Part shown: positions 1 through 13,062 of the stretch, one piece after another
Position numbering within the stretch: the stretch's first letter is position 1
Layout of the letters: each line of letters starts with the position of its first letter
Assembly (NCBI RefSeq): GCF_009914755.1
Contig: NC_060936.1
Direction: 5' to 3' (one strand)
Origin: the human T2T-CHM13v2.0 reference genome, Homo sapiens
Length of the DNA: 64,000 nt
Notes under the pieces: generated by a model
Told to the model about the DNA's origin: nothing
The model's database searches: none
The model's input: only the letters and a program-made list of their open reading frames with translations
Program-made: the position numbers and the translations under genes

Positions 1-62
1 GTACCAAACCTGCACATGTACCCCCTGAATCTAAACTAAAAGTTAAAATTACATATTTAAAA
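1..62 (+). mobile_element. L1 3' end (old L1PA/L1PB type), cut by window edge
   Basis: aaacctgcacatgtaccccctgaatctaaactaaaagtt followed by A-rich tail is a typical L1P 3' terminus. Confidence 0.8.
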
Positions 63-2769
63 AAGGAAAGTTGTTTTAGAATAAGCTCTGGTTGTAGTAG
101 GTGGACAAAAACTCAACTGACTTTTCATGTGTGTAATGTAGCAAAGGAAGAAAAACAAAACAGTTTATTTTCCTTATTAAGCAGACCAAATGATTACTAT
201 TGTTTAACCACTTGGATGCTGCATAAATCAAATTATGATTTAAAAAAAAAAACAACCAATGCTTAGAAAGAAAGCATTTGTTGCCTTAAATATATGCCCC
301 TACTCAGCATTTTAAAGTCATGAAATCTTTCCCAACTGCATAAAAATTGAACTGTAATGCCCACAAATTGCTCCTAGTTTCTACTCTTAATCACATTTGA
401 CCTACTTTACACAGTACTTTTCTAGTTCTTATTGATTTTTCTGTCTCAGGCACACTTTCCACTTAGAACTTCAAATCATACTTGGCTCTGGCATCCAACA
501 CCAACAATCCTTCTTGGCCTCCGCTGGTCATACCATCAACAATGCCCCAGAATAAATATCTCGCCTCCACAGCCTGCGCCCTGGTGCTGCCTCACAGCAT
601 GGCCCATGCATGGGGAAACAGTTTAGTATTTGTGCATCCATGTGTCTTGGACCAGGAAATTGAAGGATTCTTTTAAAGCATACCTTAATATATAGATAGA
701 CTCTGCATTTCTGAAAAATTGAAATTTTGTGCATATTAATAATTAAGGGTTCTGAAAAGGAACCAATATTTTTACCTTTTTACTAACACACACAGAAATA
801 AAAAGTCAGGTCTGCAAACACAGTTCTGTTGTTTGCTGACCTCATGAAATGTGATGGATATAAGAATTCTGCTGTTCCTGCTCTCTTCTGTTGCCAACCA
901 GCCTCTTACTGTGCCACATGAGCTTCCTGCCCTGTGCCTGGGCCCCAATTATTTCTCTCTCACTAGGGCTCTGATGTGGAGTTTTCTTAGCCACCAAAAA
1001 ATAAAACTTCAAATGAGGCAATGAAATAATAACCTTGATATGTGGAAACAAATGCATATTTCTAACATTCTTATGAATGAATTTTCAACATGGACAACTT
1101 TATCTTGCTATCAGTAGGCATTGTGCCAGGACTGTGGTTATATATTTAAATACGAGGAAATTTGCTTATAATAATAACAGGTGTTCTAAAGAACAGTGAT
1201 GGTGCCAGGAGAGGAAAAGAAGTATCAGAGAAAAGAACTTCCCAAAGAGAAATACAAATAACATAATTAGGATTTTCTAGACTTTTCATATGCCTTTTTT
1301 AGTACATATCAATATTTTTCTTTCTTTTTGACTTTTATCAATAGAAAGAAATTAAACTGAATTTTTAAAAGGGACCTACCATTTCTAAGAACTATGGAGC
1401 TTTGAGGCTTCTATAGGTATGGTGACATTTGCCACTGAATCTTACATGTGAGCCATTCATAGAATGGCCACATAAATTATCATCGTAACTGATGTACTCT
1501 TGAGAGTGAAATATTGGGAATATCCATATGATTGTCCTGGCCATTTCCCAAGGCCTTTACCAGAAAGAAGCAAGGCAGACTGGTTTACCAAGAACCTTAC
1601 AAAATTATTTGAAAGGCTACACACTCCAATTAGGTTGTAGGCCCTTAAAAAGAGACAGAATTTTAAAATTTATATTCCATAAAACCATTATGAGAAATAG
1701 ATTCATGGCACTACCAATGCCACTTATAGGAAGCTCTATCTCATGTGATTAGATATTTGTAGTGATAAAATATTTTTTCACCTAAATTTGATGCTTACAG
1801 ATGTGTCAGAAGACAGAGGTAAATTTTACATTGAAAAATTCAATCTAGTGATGTTTTCTTTATTCATTTCTTTCTAGTTCATGTAACTAAAATTATATAT
1901 TTTAGGGTGAGTTGCTGGTGCTTCATTTTGGAAATCAGCAGGGTATAAATGATAGGTATGTGTTATTGGGTATCTATGTGGTGTATATACTGGCGTAAAG
2001 TTCAGAACTCTTACAGCACATACAAAACAATTGTCATGTCAAATTCTGGCCTACAAGTCTGTGTACTATATCTGTTTCTGTTGAATGTAAAATAAAATGC
2101 CAAATTTCTACAAAATTATGCTTTTGTCTGTGGATAGACATGTCAAGGTAGAAGTTTTTACCTAAATGCAAAGTCACACACACACAATCTTCCTTCAGTT
2201 TTCAAAGATTTTCTGGAACATAAATCTTAAATTAGATTTCTATCAGGTAACAGTTTAACAATAGTAAGTCAATTCATCCTGGGATAGCCCTAATAGAAAT
2301 ACCAGTTTTCACATCTGGATTAAATGAGTTTTCTTCCCTTCTGCTCATGTATTTCCAGTCCCTTTTTTCTCCGAATCATCTTTGGTATACAGTTTCTACT
2401 AGCCCCTTAACTGCCCAGAAAATTACTGCCCTGAATTTCCTATTTTAGGGACGTGTTGGCCTCATTTTAATGTCTTAACTGGTCCCCAATTAATTTTCTT
2501 TTCTCAACCCGTCTCTTTCTTCAACTTTCGTTCTCAATCCCACTCCATATTTGTAACAAAAAATATTATTTGAACCTCATGTCTTTAATCATGTTTCTTC
2601 CAAAATACTAAAAAAAAAATAGTGGCTGAAGTATGCTTTTACATTGGCTAATAAGGTTCGGCCTAGCAAGTATTATGATTTTTCTATACTATCTTTGCAA
2701 CATCTATATTTTAACAGTTGCTTATAATTTTCTAGAAGATTGGAATCCAACATTTTACTATATTAAGAA

Positions 2770-2915
2770 ATTTTTATATTTTTAAAATTTTACTCTTAAT
2801 TGATGAATAATTGTCAATTGTCTATGGGGTACAATATGAAGTTTTGATATATTTACATTGTAGAGTAATTAAATTAATTAACATTTATCATTTCATGTTT
2901 TTACATTTTCATGTG
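2770..2915 (-). mobile_element. L1MA-type 3' end fragment
   Basis: ttgtctatggggtacaatatgaagttttgatatatttacattgt matches antisense L1MA 3' UTR. Confidence 0.6.
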
Positions 2916-2949
2916 TGGTACAGACCAATGTATTTTATATATTACAGTA

Positions 2950-3409
2950 TTTTTAAACAGCTTTACTGAAGTATAAATGACATACAATAGACTTCTCATT
3001 TTTAAGTGTTCAGTTTTTATGTTATAACATCTATATAGATCTGTGAAATTATCATAATGAACCTATGAACATGATGAACGTATCTGCCATTCCCAAAAGT
3101 TTCTTTATATTCCTGTTATGCCCCACCCTTCATCCTTGTCACCTAAACCCAGGCTGAAAGTGATATGTTCGTAGTCACTATGGATTAGTTTGTGTTTTAT
3201 AGAATTTTATTTATATGGAATATGAATTCTTACTGTCTGGCTTCTTTAATGCAGTATAATTATGTAGAGATTCATCTATATTGTGTGTGTATCAATAGAT
3301 TGTTCCATTTTATTGCTGAATAGTATTCCATTGTATGGATGCACCAACATTTGTTGATGGGTATTTGGGTAGTTTCGGCTAATCCAATAGTGCTATAAAC
3401 ATTCACATT
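2950..3409 (-). mobile_element. Old L1M (L1MB/MC-like) 3' part, interrupted by THE1
   Basis: cagctttactgaagtataaatgacatac...ttttattgctgaatagtattccattgtatggat; continues collinearly after 5659. Confidence 0.8.
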
Positions 3410-5658
3410 TGATATGGTTTGGCTGTGCCCGCTCCTAAATCTCATCTTTAATTCTCATGTGTTGTGGGAGGGAGCTGGTGGGAGTTAATTGAATCATGGG
3501 GGCAAGTCTTTCCCATGCTGTTCATGTGATAGTGAATAAGTCTCATGAGATATGATGGTTTTACAAAAGAGGAGCTCCCCTGCATGAGCTCTCTCTCTCT
3601 TTGCCTGCTGCCATCCATGTAAGACATGACTTGCTCCTCCTTGCCTTCCACCATGATTGTGAGGCTTCCTCAGCCATGTGGAACTGCAAGTCCTTTAAAC
3701 CTCTTTCTTTTGTAAATTGCCCAGCCTTGGGTATGTCTTTATCAGCAGCATGAAAACAGAGTAATGCAGTAAATTGGTACCAGTAGAGTGGGGCACTGCT
3801 GAAAAGATACCCAACAATGTGAAAGCAATTTTGAAACTGGGTAACATGCAGAGCTTGGAACAGTTTGGAGGGCTCAGAAGAAGACAGGAAAATGTGGGAA
3901 AGTTTGGAACTTCCTAGAAACTTGTTGATTGGCTTTGCCCAAAATGCTGATAGCAATATTGACAATAAAGCCCAGGTTGAGGTGGTCTCAGATGGAAATG
4001 AGGAACTTGTTGGGAAGTGGAGCAGAGGGGACTCTTGTTATGTTTTAGCAAACAGACTGGTGGCTTCTTGCCCCTGCCCTAGAGATTTGTGGAACTTTGA
4101 ACTTGAGAGAGATGATTTAGGGTATCTGGCAGAAGAAATTTTTAAGCAGCAAAACTTAAACAGGTGCTGTTAAAGGCATCCAGTTTTAAAAGTGAAATAG
4201 AGCATAAAAGTTTGGAAAATTTGCAGCATGACAATGTGATAGAAAAGAAAAATCCCATTTTCTAAGGAGAAATTCAAGCCAGCTGCAGAAATTTGAGTAA
4301 ATAACAAGGAGCTGAATGTTAATCACTGAGATAATGGGGAAAATGTCTCCAGGGCATGTTGGAGACATTTGTGGTAGACCCTCTCATCACAGACCCAGAG
4401 GCTTAGGAGGAAAAAATGGTTTTGTGGGCCAGGCACAGGGTCCCTCAGCTGTGTGCACTCTAGGGACTTGGTGTCTTTCATTTCAGCCACTCCAGCCATG
4501 ACTAAAAGAGGCCAATGTACAGCTCAGGCTGTTGCTTCAGAGAGTGGAAACCCCAAGCCTTAGCAGCTTCTACATGGTGTTGAGCCTGCCAGTTCACAGA
4601 AGTCAAGAATTGAGGTTTGGGAACCTCTGCCTAGATTTCAGAAGATGTATGAAAACTACTGGAAGCCCAGGCAGAAGTTTGCTGCAGGGGTGGGTCTCTC
4701 ATGGAGAGCCTCTGCTAGGGTAGTGCAGAAGGAAAGTTTGGGGTCAGAGCCCCCACACAGAGTCCTCACTGGGGCACTGCCTGGTGGAGCTGTGAGAAGA
4801 GGGCCACTGTCCTCCAGACCCCAGAATGGTAGATCCACCAACAGCTTGCACCATGTACCTGGAAAAACTGCAGATGCTCAACACCAGCCCGTGAAACCAA
4901 AGCCACAGGGGCATAGCTGCCCCTCTTGCATCACCTCTTGCATCAGCATAACATAGATGTGAGACATGCAGTCTAAGGAGATCATTTTGGAGCTTTAAGA
5001 TTTGACTGCCCTGCTGGATTTTGGACTTCCATGGGGCCTGTAGCCCCTTTGTTTTGGTCAATTTCTTCCATTTGGAATGGCTGTATTTACCCAATGCCTG
5101 TACCCCCATTGTATCTGGGAAGTAACAATCTGCTTTTGATTTTACAGGCTCATGGGCACAAGGGACTTGCCTTGTCTCGGATGAGACTTTGGATTGTGGA
5201 CATTTTAGTTAATGCTGAAATGAGTTAGGACTTTGGGGGACTGTTGGGAAGGCATGATTGGTTTTGAAATGTGAGGACATGAGATTTGGGAGGGGCCTGG
5301 GCAGAATGATGTGTTCTGGCTGTATCCCCACCCATATCTCATTTTGAATTCCCATGTGTTATGGGAGGGACCCAGTGGGAGGTAACTGAATCATGGGGGC
5401 AGGTCTTTCCCATGCTGTTCTGTGATAGTGAATAAGTCTCATGAGATATCATGGTTTTAAAAAGGGGAGCTCCCCTACACAAGCTCTCTCTCTTTGCCCA
5501 CTGCCATCCATGTAAGATGTGACTTGCTCCTCCTTGCCTTCTGTGATGATTGTGAGGCCTCCCCAGCCACGTGGAAGAGGTCCATTAAATCTCTTTCTTT
5601 TGTAAATTTCCCAGTCTTGGGTATGTCTTTATCAGCATCATGAATACGAACTAATACA
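3410..5658 (+). mobile_element. Full-length THE1 (MaLR) provirus: 5' LTR 3410-3768, internal 3769-5306, 3' LTR 5307-5658
   Basis: Two homologous TG...CA LTRs; THE1-int start gtaaattggtaccagtagagtgggg; purine-rich tract before the 3' LTR; 5-bp TSD acatt (3405-3409) / atatt (5659-5663) with 1 mismatch; ORF 3865-4173 is a MaLR-int remnant. Confidence 0.95.
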
Positions 5659-7615
5659 ATATTCAAGTATTCTTTGTGTACATATGCTCTGTTTTCATTT
5701 CTCTCAGGTAAATATTTAGAAGTGGAATGATGTATGTTTAAATTTTAAGAAAATGAAACCTTGTTTTCCAAATTTGCTATGCAATTTTACATTCCAAACA
5801 GCAGTGAATGAGTGTAACAGTGGCTCTGCATCCTTACCAAGATGTGGTATAATCATTCTTTTACATTTTAGCTATTCTAATAGGTGTGCAGTGGTGTCTT
5901 ATTAGGGTTTTCATTTCTATTTCCCTAATGTGTAATCATGTTGAGCATTTTTGCATGTGCCTATTTACTATTTGCACATCTTCTATGGTGAAATGTCAGT
6001 TCAAACTGATTGGCTTTTTTGTTTGTTTTTATTGAATTGTTTGCATTCTTTTTATTGACTTTTGAAGATTATTTGTATATTTATACTGGATACAAGTTGT
6101 TTATCAGAGATATGACTTGAAAATATGTTCTATGAATCTTTACCTTTTATTTCATTCTCTTAACTGTGTCCGGTAGAGTACAGTGCTTAATTTTGAAGAA
6201 GTTCAAATCATTAATTATTCTTGTATAGTTTAGCTTTGGTTTCATATCTAAGAAATATTTTTCTAAAACAATGTCACAAATATTACTTGTCGATTTTCTT
6301 CTAGAAGTTTTTTAACTTTAGATTTTACATTTAGGTCTATGATCCATATTTTTAAACTTTTGTAATATGGTATTTGATGTAGAGAGGTTCTTTTTTATTA
6401 GCATATAGAAACCCAATTTTTTCCAGCATGATTTGTTAAAAACAACTATTCTTTTACCATTGAATTGTATTTGCATTTTTAAAAAAACAGTTGATCATAT
6501 ATATTAGGATATATTTCTGGACTGCCTATTCTACTCCAGTTATCTATTTTCCTACTTTAAGATCAATGCCATGTTATCTGTATTACTGACACATTTTAAT
6601 TCTTGAAGTTAGGTAGTCAAAATCCTCCAAAATTACATTTTTCTCCAAAATTGTGTTAGCTATTCTAGGTACTTTGTATTTTCATTTACACTGAAAAATC
6701 AGTATGTCAATTAAAAAACTAAGCTCATTGGATTTCCGTTTAGATTGCACTGAATCAGTAGAAAAACTCGAAGATAACTGACAATCTTAGCAAGTTAAGT
6801 TCCCCTATCCATGGATGTGGTACATTTCTCCATTTGATTAGCCTTGTTTAATTCCTCTCAGCAATGGTTTATAGTTTTCCGTGTATAGGTCTTATACATT
6901 TTTGGGTCAAATTTATCAATAAAATTTAATATATTTTATGATTTTGAAAAAAATACTTTTTACTAGTTGCAAATTCCAATTCTTCATTATAGGTACATAG
7001 AATTACTACCTTTTTTCCTACTATATAACCTGTATTAAGCAACCCTGCTAAACTTACCTATTAGTCTTAATAGATTTTTGTAGATTCCAAAGACCTTTTT
7101 GCATAATCATATCTAGAACAAATAAAGATAGTTTTATTTCTTACTTTCCAATTCTGATGTATTTTATTTCCTGTTTCCTGGCTAGAACTTGTAGCATAAT
7201 GTTGAATAGAAGTGTTGAGATTAGACATCTTTAACATAAGGGGAAAGCAATTAGTTAAACATGTTGTTAAACATAAAGGGAAAGCAGTTAGCTTTTCATT
7301 GTGAAGTATGATGTTAGCTACAGATTTTTTCATAGATGCTTTTTGTCAGACATAGGAAGTTTCTGTCCCCTTTTAGTCCCTTCTATTCCTAGTTTACTGA
7401 AGGTTTTATTAGAAATGAATGTTGAATTTTTGCAAATGTTTTTTCTTCATTTATTTACATGATTATGTGTTTTTTAAATGTTTGAGTCATTTAAAACAAT
7501 GAACAATTTCAATTAATTTTGAATGTTTAACCAACCTTGTCTTTCTAGGATATAGTCCATTAGTCATAATATAACTTTGTATTTGATTTGCTAAAGTATA
7601 TTGGTTTGGTAAACT
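5659..7615 (-). mobile_element. Old L1M ORF2/3' region (continuation of the 2950-3409 element)
   Basis: Antisense ORF2 motifs (ttacattccaaacagcagtg, ttttgcataatcatatc, ataatgttgaatagaagtg); ORF 7067-7333 gives an ORF2-like peptide ANIILHNEKLTAFPL. Confidence 0.85.
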
Positions 7616-7974
7616 GTCATTTTTTTTTCTCCCCCTCCATTCCCCTCTATGTGCATAATTTTAAAAATTGTGTTATAATGTAATATAATATTGTGTGTAA
7701 TGGGTGATAAGGAAGAGAGAATCTGATTTGCTTGTTTTGAGGGTCAAGTTTTTATTTGTTTGCATATTTTAAGCAATGCCCTTATTTTATTCTGGACCAG
7801 TGCTTGAATCGCTAAGCTGCTAACAAGTTCAGATACAATTTATTGTTTGTTACTGTATGGGCTATCTGGGAATAGAGAAACTATTTTATTTTAGTATGCC
7901 ATATTCAAAGGAGAAATGATGAAAAGTTTAAGAACATTTATTAAAAGATAAGTAAAATATTTATTTATATCTTT

Positions 7975-8171
7975 ATAGGTGTGCAGTGGTATCTTATTGT
8001 GGTTTTCATTTGTATTTCCCTAATGAGTAATCATGTTGAGCATTTTTGCATGTGCCTATTTACCATTTGTGCATCTTCTATGGTGAAATGTCAGTTCAAA
8101 TTGATTGGCTGTTTTGTTTTTATTGAATTTATTGTTTTTATTGTTTGCATTCTTATTAAATTTTGAAGATT
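7975..8171 (-). repeat. Local ~190-bp copy of 5880-6070 (L1M-derived)
   Basis: Near-identical to 5880-6070, including the stretch gtaatcatgttgagcatttttgcatgtgcctatttac. Confidence 0.9.
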
Positions 8172-9366
8172 CAATATCTAGATACATATCAATATCTAGA
8201 TAAATAGAATGGTGAGTATTAACAAACTGATTTAAAATCAGACAGACTGTATTTTATGGAATGTTACAATACAGGATAACAAATCTCAGGCAATATTATA
8301 GGCACAATTTAAATATCTAAATAATGCCATCATTTAAATGTTCATAAAGACATGAATGCAAGTCTCAAGTTGAAGTAGATGATACCTTAAGGTTACTTAT
8401 AGTTCAAAGACCTGTAATGCCATGAGTTAGTGAAAAGAGCAACTAAATCCTATGTTAATGTAATAGAAACTCCAATGTCTTGCTACATGAAATAGATGGT
8501 AATTAGATAATGATTATAAAGGAATTGTTCTATTGCATCATAATTTTCATGATTTTTTTTAATAAGAGTAATTTTGCATGGAATTGTGTATATACTAGAT
8601 GTTTATTCACTGGCCTTTTGCAATTTAAGTTTATATAGTCAGAACCAATATTGCTTTATTAAGGAAACAGATTGTTACTCAATAGATGGTTCAGCCTTAA
8701 TGTCTATGATTGTTTAATTTCCTTGATTTCATTTTCCTTAATTTAATTTTGCTCCTCTTTCACATTCAAATATGGAGTACTGCATGAAACACTACCTAAA
8801 GACAAAAAGATGCCAAGTCACATCATTGGATAAAGCAATATGAAACACAAAAGTGGTACGTGCCTCACTAGGGAATTCCCCTCAGAAATTAGAGACACAA
8901 AGTGAATTTGTCCTAGAAATGAAGAATAGAGCACAAAACGAGACGATAGGAGTCTTCTTTGATTATGTTTCAAGTCAAAGAATGAAAACAGCAAAAGTTT
9001 AAAAATGAGAATAGCTTTTATTACTGAAACATTTTCTCTTTTGGCCTGATTTCTACAGTGATGCTAGATGCATTTCCTTTTGCAGCTTCATGTTTACTAC
9101 TAGGTACAGATGATGTTTGAAACTCCGCAGTGCCAAAACCAGAAATCTCTACAGGCATTGTGGAATGCTTATCCTCTGGCCTACCATATTAATTTTCAGC
9201 CATCATATTGCTCATAGAGTTATATAATTAGTCCATATTTGGAACAAGACTTAGGCAATTTTGATTACCTCTAAGATTTGTTGAGAAATAATTTAATCAG
9301 AATTCAACAAATATAACAATATATTAAGTATAAATGTTTAAGTAGTGATAGTTGGATATTTGGATT

Positions 9367-10325
9367 TATTAAAGAGAAGACTTATTCATGACATTTGTTA
9401 AAGTATGATAAGGTAGCCAATTCGGGGGGACTATCAAGATAGGTAGAGAAAGTCACAATGGAGTTTTACAGAGGGGAAAGACATTGAGCTCCACTCCAAA
9501 TAAAAGGAAGAAAAGTGGGAATGTATAGTCAAGGAGTAGGGTGGGTGGGGAGGTCAGTGGACAGAACATTACTAAGAGGATGTGATGGTTAATACTGAGT
9601 GTCAACTTGATTGGATTGAAGGATGCAAAGTATTGATCCTGGGTGTGCCTGTGAGGGTGTTGCCGAAGGAGAGTAACATTTGAATCAGTGGGCTGGTAAA
9701 GTTTGACCCACCCTTAATCTGGGTTGGCACCATCTAATCAACTGCCAGCATGGCCAGGATATAAAGCAGGCAGAAAAATGTGAAAAGGCTAGAGTGGCTT
9801 AGCCTCCCAGCCTACATTTTTCTCCCATGCTGGATGCTTCCTGTCCTTGAACATCAGACTCCAAGTTCTTCAGCTTTGGGACTCACACTGGCTTCCTCGC
9901 TCGTCAGCCTGCAGATGGCCTATTGTGGGACCTTGTGATCATGTGAGTTAATACTACTTAATAAACTCCCCTTTATATATATATGTATATCCTATTTGTT
10001 ATGTCCCTCTAGAGAACCCTAACTAATACAGAGGACATGTCAGGAGTAAGGGGGATTCTGGCTAAACTGGCCTAACAAGATTCTTGCTGCAGGCAACAGG
10101 GTGATCAGACATCACTTGGAGGGTGGGGGAGGAAGAAGAACTTGATTCGATATTGAGGATGATCAGATATCAAGGGTGAGGGATTCTGGTTAAACTGACA
10201 TAGTAGGAGCCTTGCTAAAATTGTACAATACAGAGACAAATATGAAAGCCCAAAAGGTAGGGCCTAGTTGAAAAAAAAGTTCAGAGGAGTCTGACAGAGT
10301 TTGGTGTAAAAGATAATCTTTGACA
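9367..10325 (-). mobile_element. MER67/MER31-like ERV1 LTR split by MLT2A
   Basis: Reverse complement starts tgtcaaagattatcttttacaccaaactctgtcagactcctctgaac; contains gatcagatatcaagggtg motifs; halves join across the gagga TSD. Confidence 0.75.
9581..10030 (+). mobile_element. MLT2A (MLT2A1/A2, HERV-L) solo LTR
   Basis: tgtgatggttaatactgagtgtcaacttgattggattgaagg...ctagagaaccctaactaataca; perfect 5-bp TSD gagga at 9576-9580 and 10031-10035. Confidence 0.93.
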
Positions 10326-10376
10326 GGTTATAAAACAAATAAAGCTATATAAAAATGACGTCGCACTTAGAAATAT

Positions 10377-10793
10377 TAAAACCACCTTTGCAAAAATTAG
10401 GAAAGTGGAAGAAATCTGACCTTATCAATTCCATCTTACTTCTAGCCTCCAAGCTGCTCTTGCTCATTCATGGCCAAGCTAACTATGAAAGGAATTTGGT
10501 TTATAGCTTAACTTTGAAACAAGGATGATAACAGCCCCTTTCCAAAACAAACCCTCTCCTTGCTTAGAGATCAGACCACCTTTGTAAAACTGACAAACTA
10601 GCCACCAGGTTAGAAATTATGGCTCAGGAGTCATGCAACTGGAGGCCATAAGATTCCTAACCTTCCCAATTGCTCCTATAGATTAACATCACTATTGTAA
10701 AACCTAAGATTGGTTTGAAGCATTTTTCTGACCCTGCATTCTGATTAACCAGCTGGTTCCACCCAGACTGGTAATTGGCTCATCTGTTCTTGG
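10377..10793 (+). mobile_element. LTR8-family ERV1 LTR, 3' truncated
   Basis: aaaccacctttgcaaaaatta...ccatcttacttctagcctccaagctg...aaaacaaggatgataacagcccc. Confidence 0.75.
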
Positions 10794-10799
10794 TTCTAT

Positions 10800-11012
10800 A
10801 TTTAAATTGTATATGTGCCACTTACTAAGAGTACTCTGGCAAAATATGTAATTTATTTAACATTGGGAAAAATATCTAATTTATTTAAGCAACAGTTTTC
10901 TCATGTGGGAAGTGGTTTGATAACAATGACTCTCTTTTGGATTTCTATTGAGAATGAAATATTTTATATAAAGCACTTAGCATAGTTATTGATATATAAT
11001 AGGCACTCTAAA
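10800..11012 (+). mobile_element. MIR
   Basis: gccacttacta...ttttctcatgt...tataaagcacttagcatagt core. Confidence 0.65.
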
Positions 11013-11514
11013 GATTCAAGCTGTTCTGCAGATGATTTGTATAATAAAGTTAATGGATGATGATGTAAACCAAGAATTCAAGAATAAAGAAAATGGAGGA
11101 AACAAAATATCAGTCCTAAGGGATAACAAAGTTGCTGTGTCTGAGAATAAAAATTTACTCTGAGATCCCTGACAATGCAGACAAAAAGGAGCCAGGACAA
11201 ATTTATGATCATCTTCATTATACAAAAGGGAGAAGCATGCCAGTTTGTCAGAAGAGAGGTAATTACTTTTGATATATTCTGAAAAAAATTTCACTCAAGA
11301 TTTTATATTATGGACATTGAATGGCATAATGGGTAGTTTTATTATGAACATAGAAGTAGAGTTATTAGATCATTCTTGTGGCATAGCTTCATTAAAGTTG
11401 AAGACATGATATTACAGAGGTGGTGATGCTGTGAAGAGCTAGGCTATTGTGTTTCAAGTACCAGGACTAACTCTGCCTAGGGTTAGCATTAATTATGCCT
11501 ACAGAAGGATATCC

Positions 11515-11703
11515 ACTAGGATTCTCAAAGGCTTGCTCTCAAATCTGGAAGATTAGCATCATCTGGGAAACTTTAAGAAGTACAGATTCCTGGGCTCATT
11601 ACAGATTGTGATTTTTGTGGATTGTGAATAGGCCCAGGTATCTGCTTTTTTAAAATAAGCCTTCTAGATGGAGCTGACAGTTAATTCAATTTGGAACTAT
11701 TGT
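11515..11703. mobile_element. MER5-type hAT DNA transposon fossil
   Basis: ttctcaaa...agcatcatctgggaaac...cagattcctgggc...ggcccaggtatctgcttttttaa. Confidence 0.65.
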
Positions 11704-12861
11704 TTCCCTAAATTTCATCCCTAAATATTCTTTCACCTAGGCTTTTGTTAAGCATTAAAAATTAGACATGAGATCTTATTTTCTGATTGCTTACATCTTA
11801 TATTGCTGATTTAGGAAAGATTATTATGTTGCGAGACTACACAACCATGGACAGTGTTGGTTGTCCAATATGATAGCTGAACAGCTGAGATCATTTTTTT
11901 CTGATGGATTTCACTTGCATGCGAATTTATTTGATCATGTAGGCAAAATGAGATTCTTCTCACAAGGGAGCTCCAGAGCTTGTTCAATATCTGGACAAGT
12001 GATTGATGGAGACCTTAAAATTACACCCCTTAGAATGTATCAGATATTGTGATACTTTAGAAAAATCATCAAGGCAGGTGCTGCATGTAACCTGTCATCA
12101 CTACAAAATTATAAAACTCAGAGTGCCCCCATGGATTGTTTGATTCTATGTTTCAAGTTCTCCTGAGGAGCCTGCCAGGATGAATTAGATGCTACATGTA
12201 CCCATAGTTAAACAAAGAAGTTGGGAATAACTCCTTGTTAAGTTTTTATCAGGTGTGAATGAAAGAAGTTAGTAAATTTACTCTTTGTGAGATGCTGAAA
12301 TATTGCAGAAACTTATAGTCCATTTAAGGAATAGGTACTTAACAGAGTGAAGGTGTACTGATCCATAGAGAGAATCTAAACAAAGACTCATTTTCTCTAA
12401 TCCATAGCAGAAAGACAGGAAAAATTTTAGAGTAAGTGAGTAGAACGTTTGGCTTTTAATTGGCAAAATTGAGGCCAGTAAATTGTTTGCTGACTTTTAT
12501 GTGTCAAATATAAATTCACAGATGATGTTACATAAACATTGTTTTGAAAAAATAGCATACATATTTTACTCTTATAGCTGAATCAAATGTTAATTCTTAC
12601 TATTTTTTTTCTTGTTATTTGACTATCAGAAACTCTCTTGTTTTGTACTTTAAAACGTGCATGTTGGAGATCAAAGTTGGGAAGTGGAAAGGAAATTCAT
12701 GAGAAATACACTATGTCTTATTGAAATTGAGTTTTCCTCTTAGAAGTTCTTCTATTTAAAGCATTCCTCAGAAGTCTGATGCTTTAGTTTTCAGAGGTTT
12801 GGTTTATTTTCAGGGTTGCATCATTCCCTAAAAGGGCATATGGTTATTTTGGAAACTTTGT

Positions 12862-13062
12862 GAAGTGGAAAGAGTGTGGACTTTGGTGTCAGATTAAACT
12901 GGATTGAATCCTTACTCTGACACTTACCAGGTGTGAAACATTTCACAATTTATTCCATTTTAATTTGGGGAAGATACAAGTCTTTGTGGTCACTGTAACT
13001 ACTAAATAGAAAAATATATGTAAAATGCCTTGAGTATAATAAGCAATTAATAAATTTAGTTT
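12862..13062 (+). mobile_element. MIR
   Basis: gtggaaagagtgtggactttggtgtcaga...gaatccttactctgacacttaccag. Confidence 0.7.

Noticed and set aside
3680-3695. THE1 LTR splice donor as a first-exon donor
   Set aside because: Mutated or weakened in all three LTRs (gcaagt; deleted near 5576; gtgatt near 62468)
3561-5228. ORFs of 100-134 aa
   Set aside because: All lie within THE1 LTR or internal sequence; fragmented MaLR frames, not a host gene
5558-5570. cctccccagccac, similar to the PRDM9/THE1B hotspot motif CCTCCCTAGCCAC
   Set aside because: Lacks the key T at position 7; the other two THE1 LTRs also do not match
11815-12052. Open frame after an AG acceptor (KDYYVARLHNHGQCWLSN...)
   Set aside because: No recognisable homology, weak donors, and length within chance expectation
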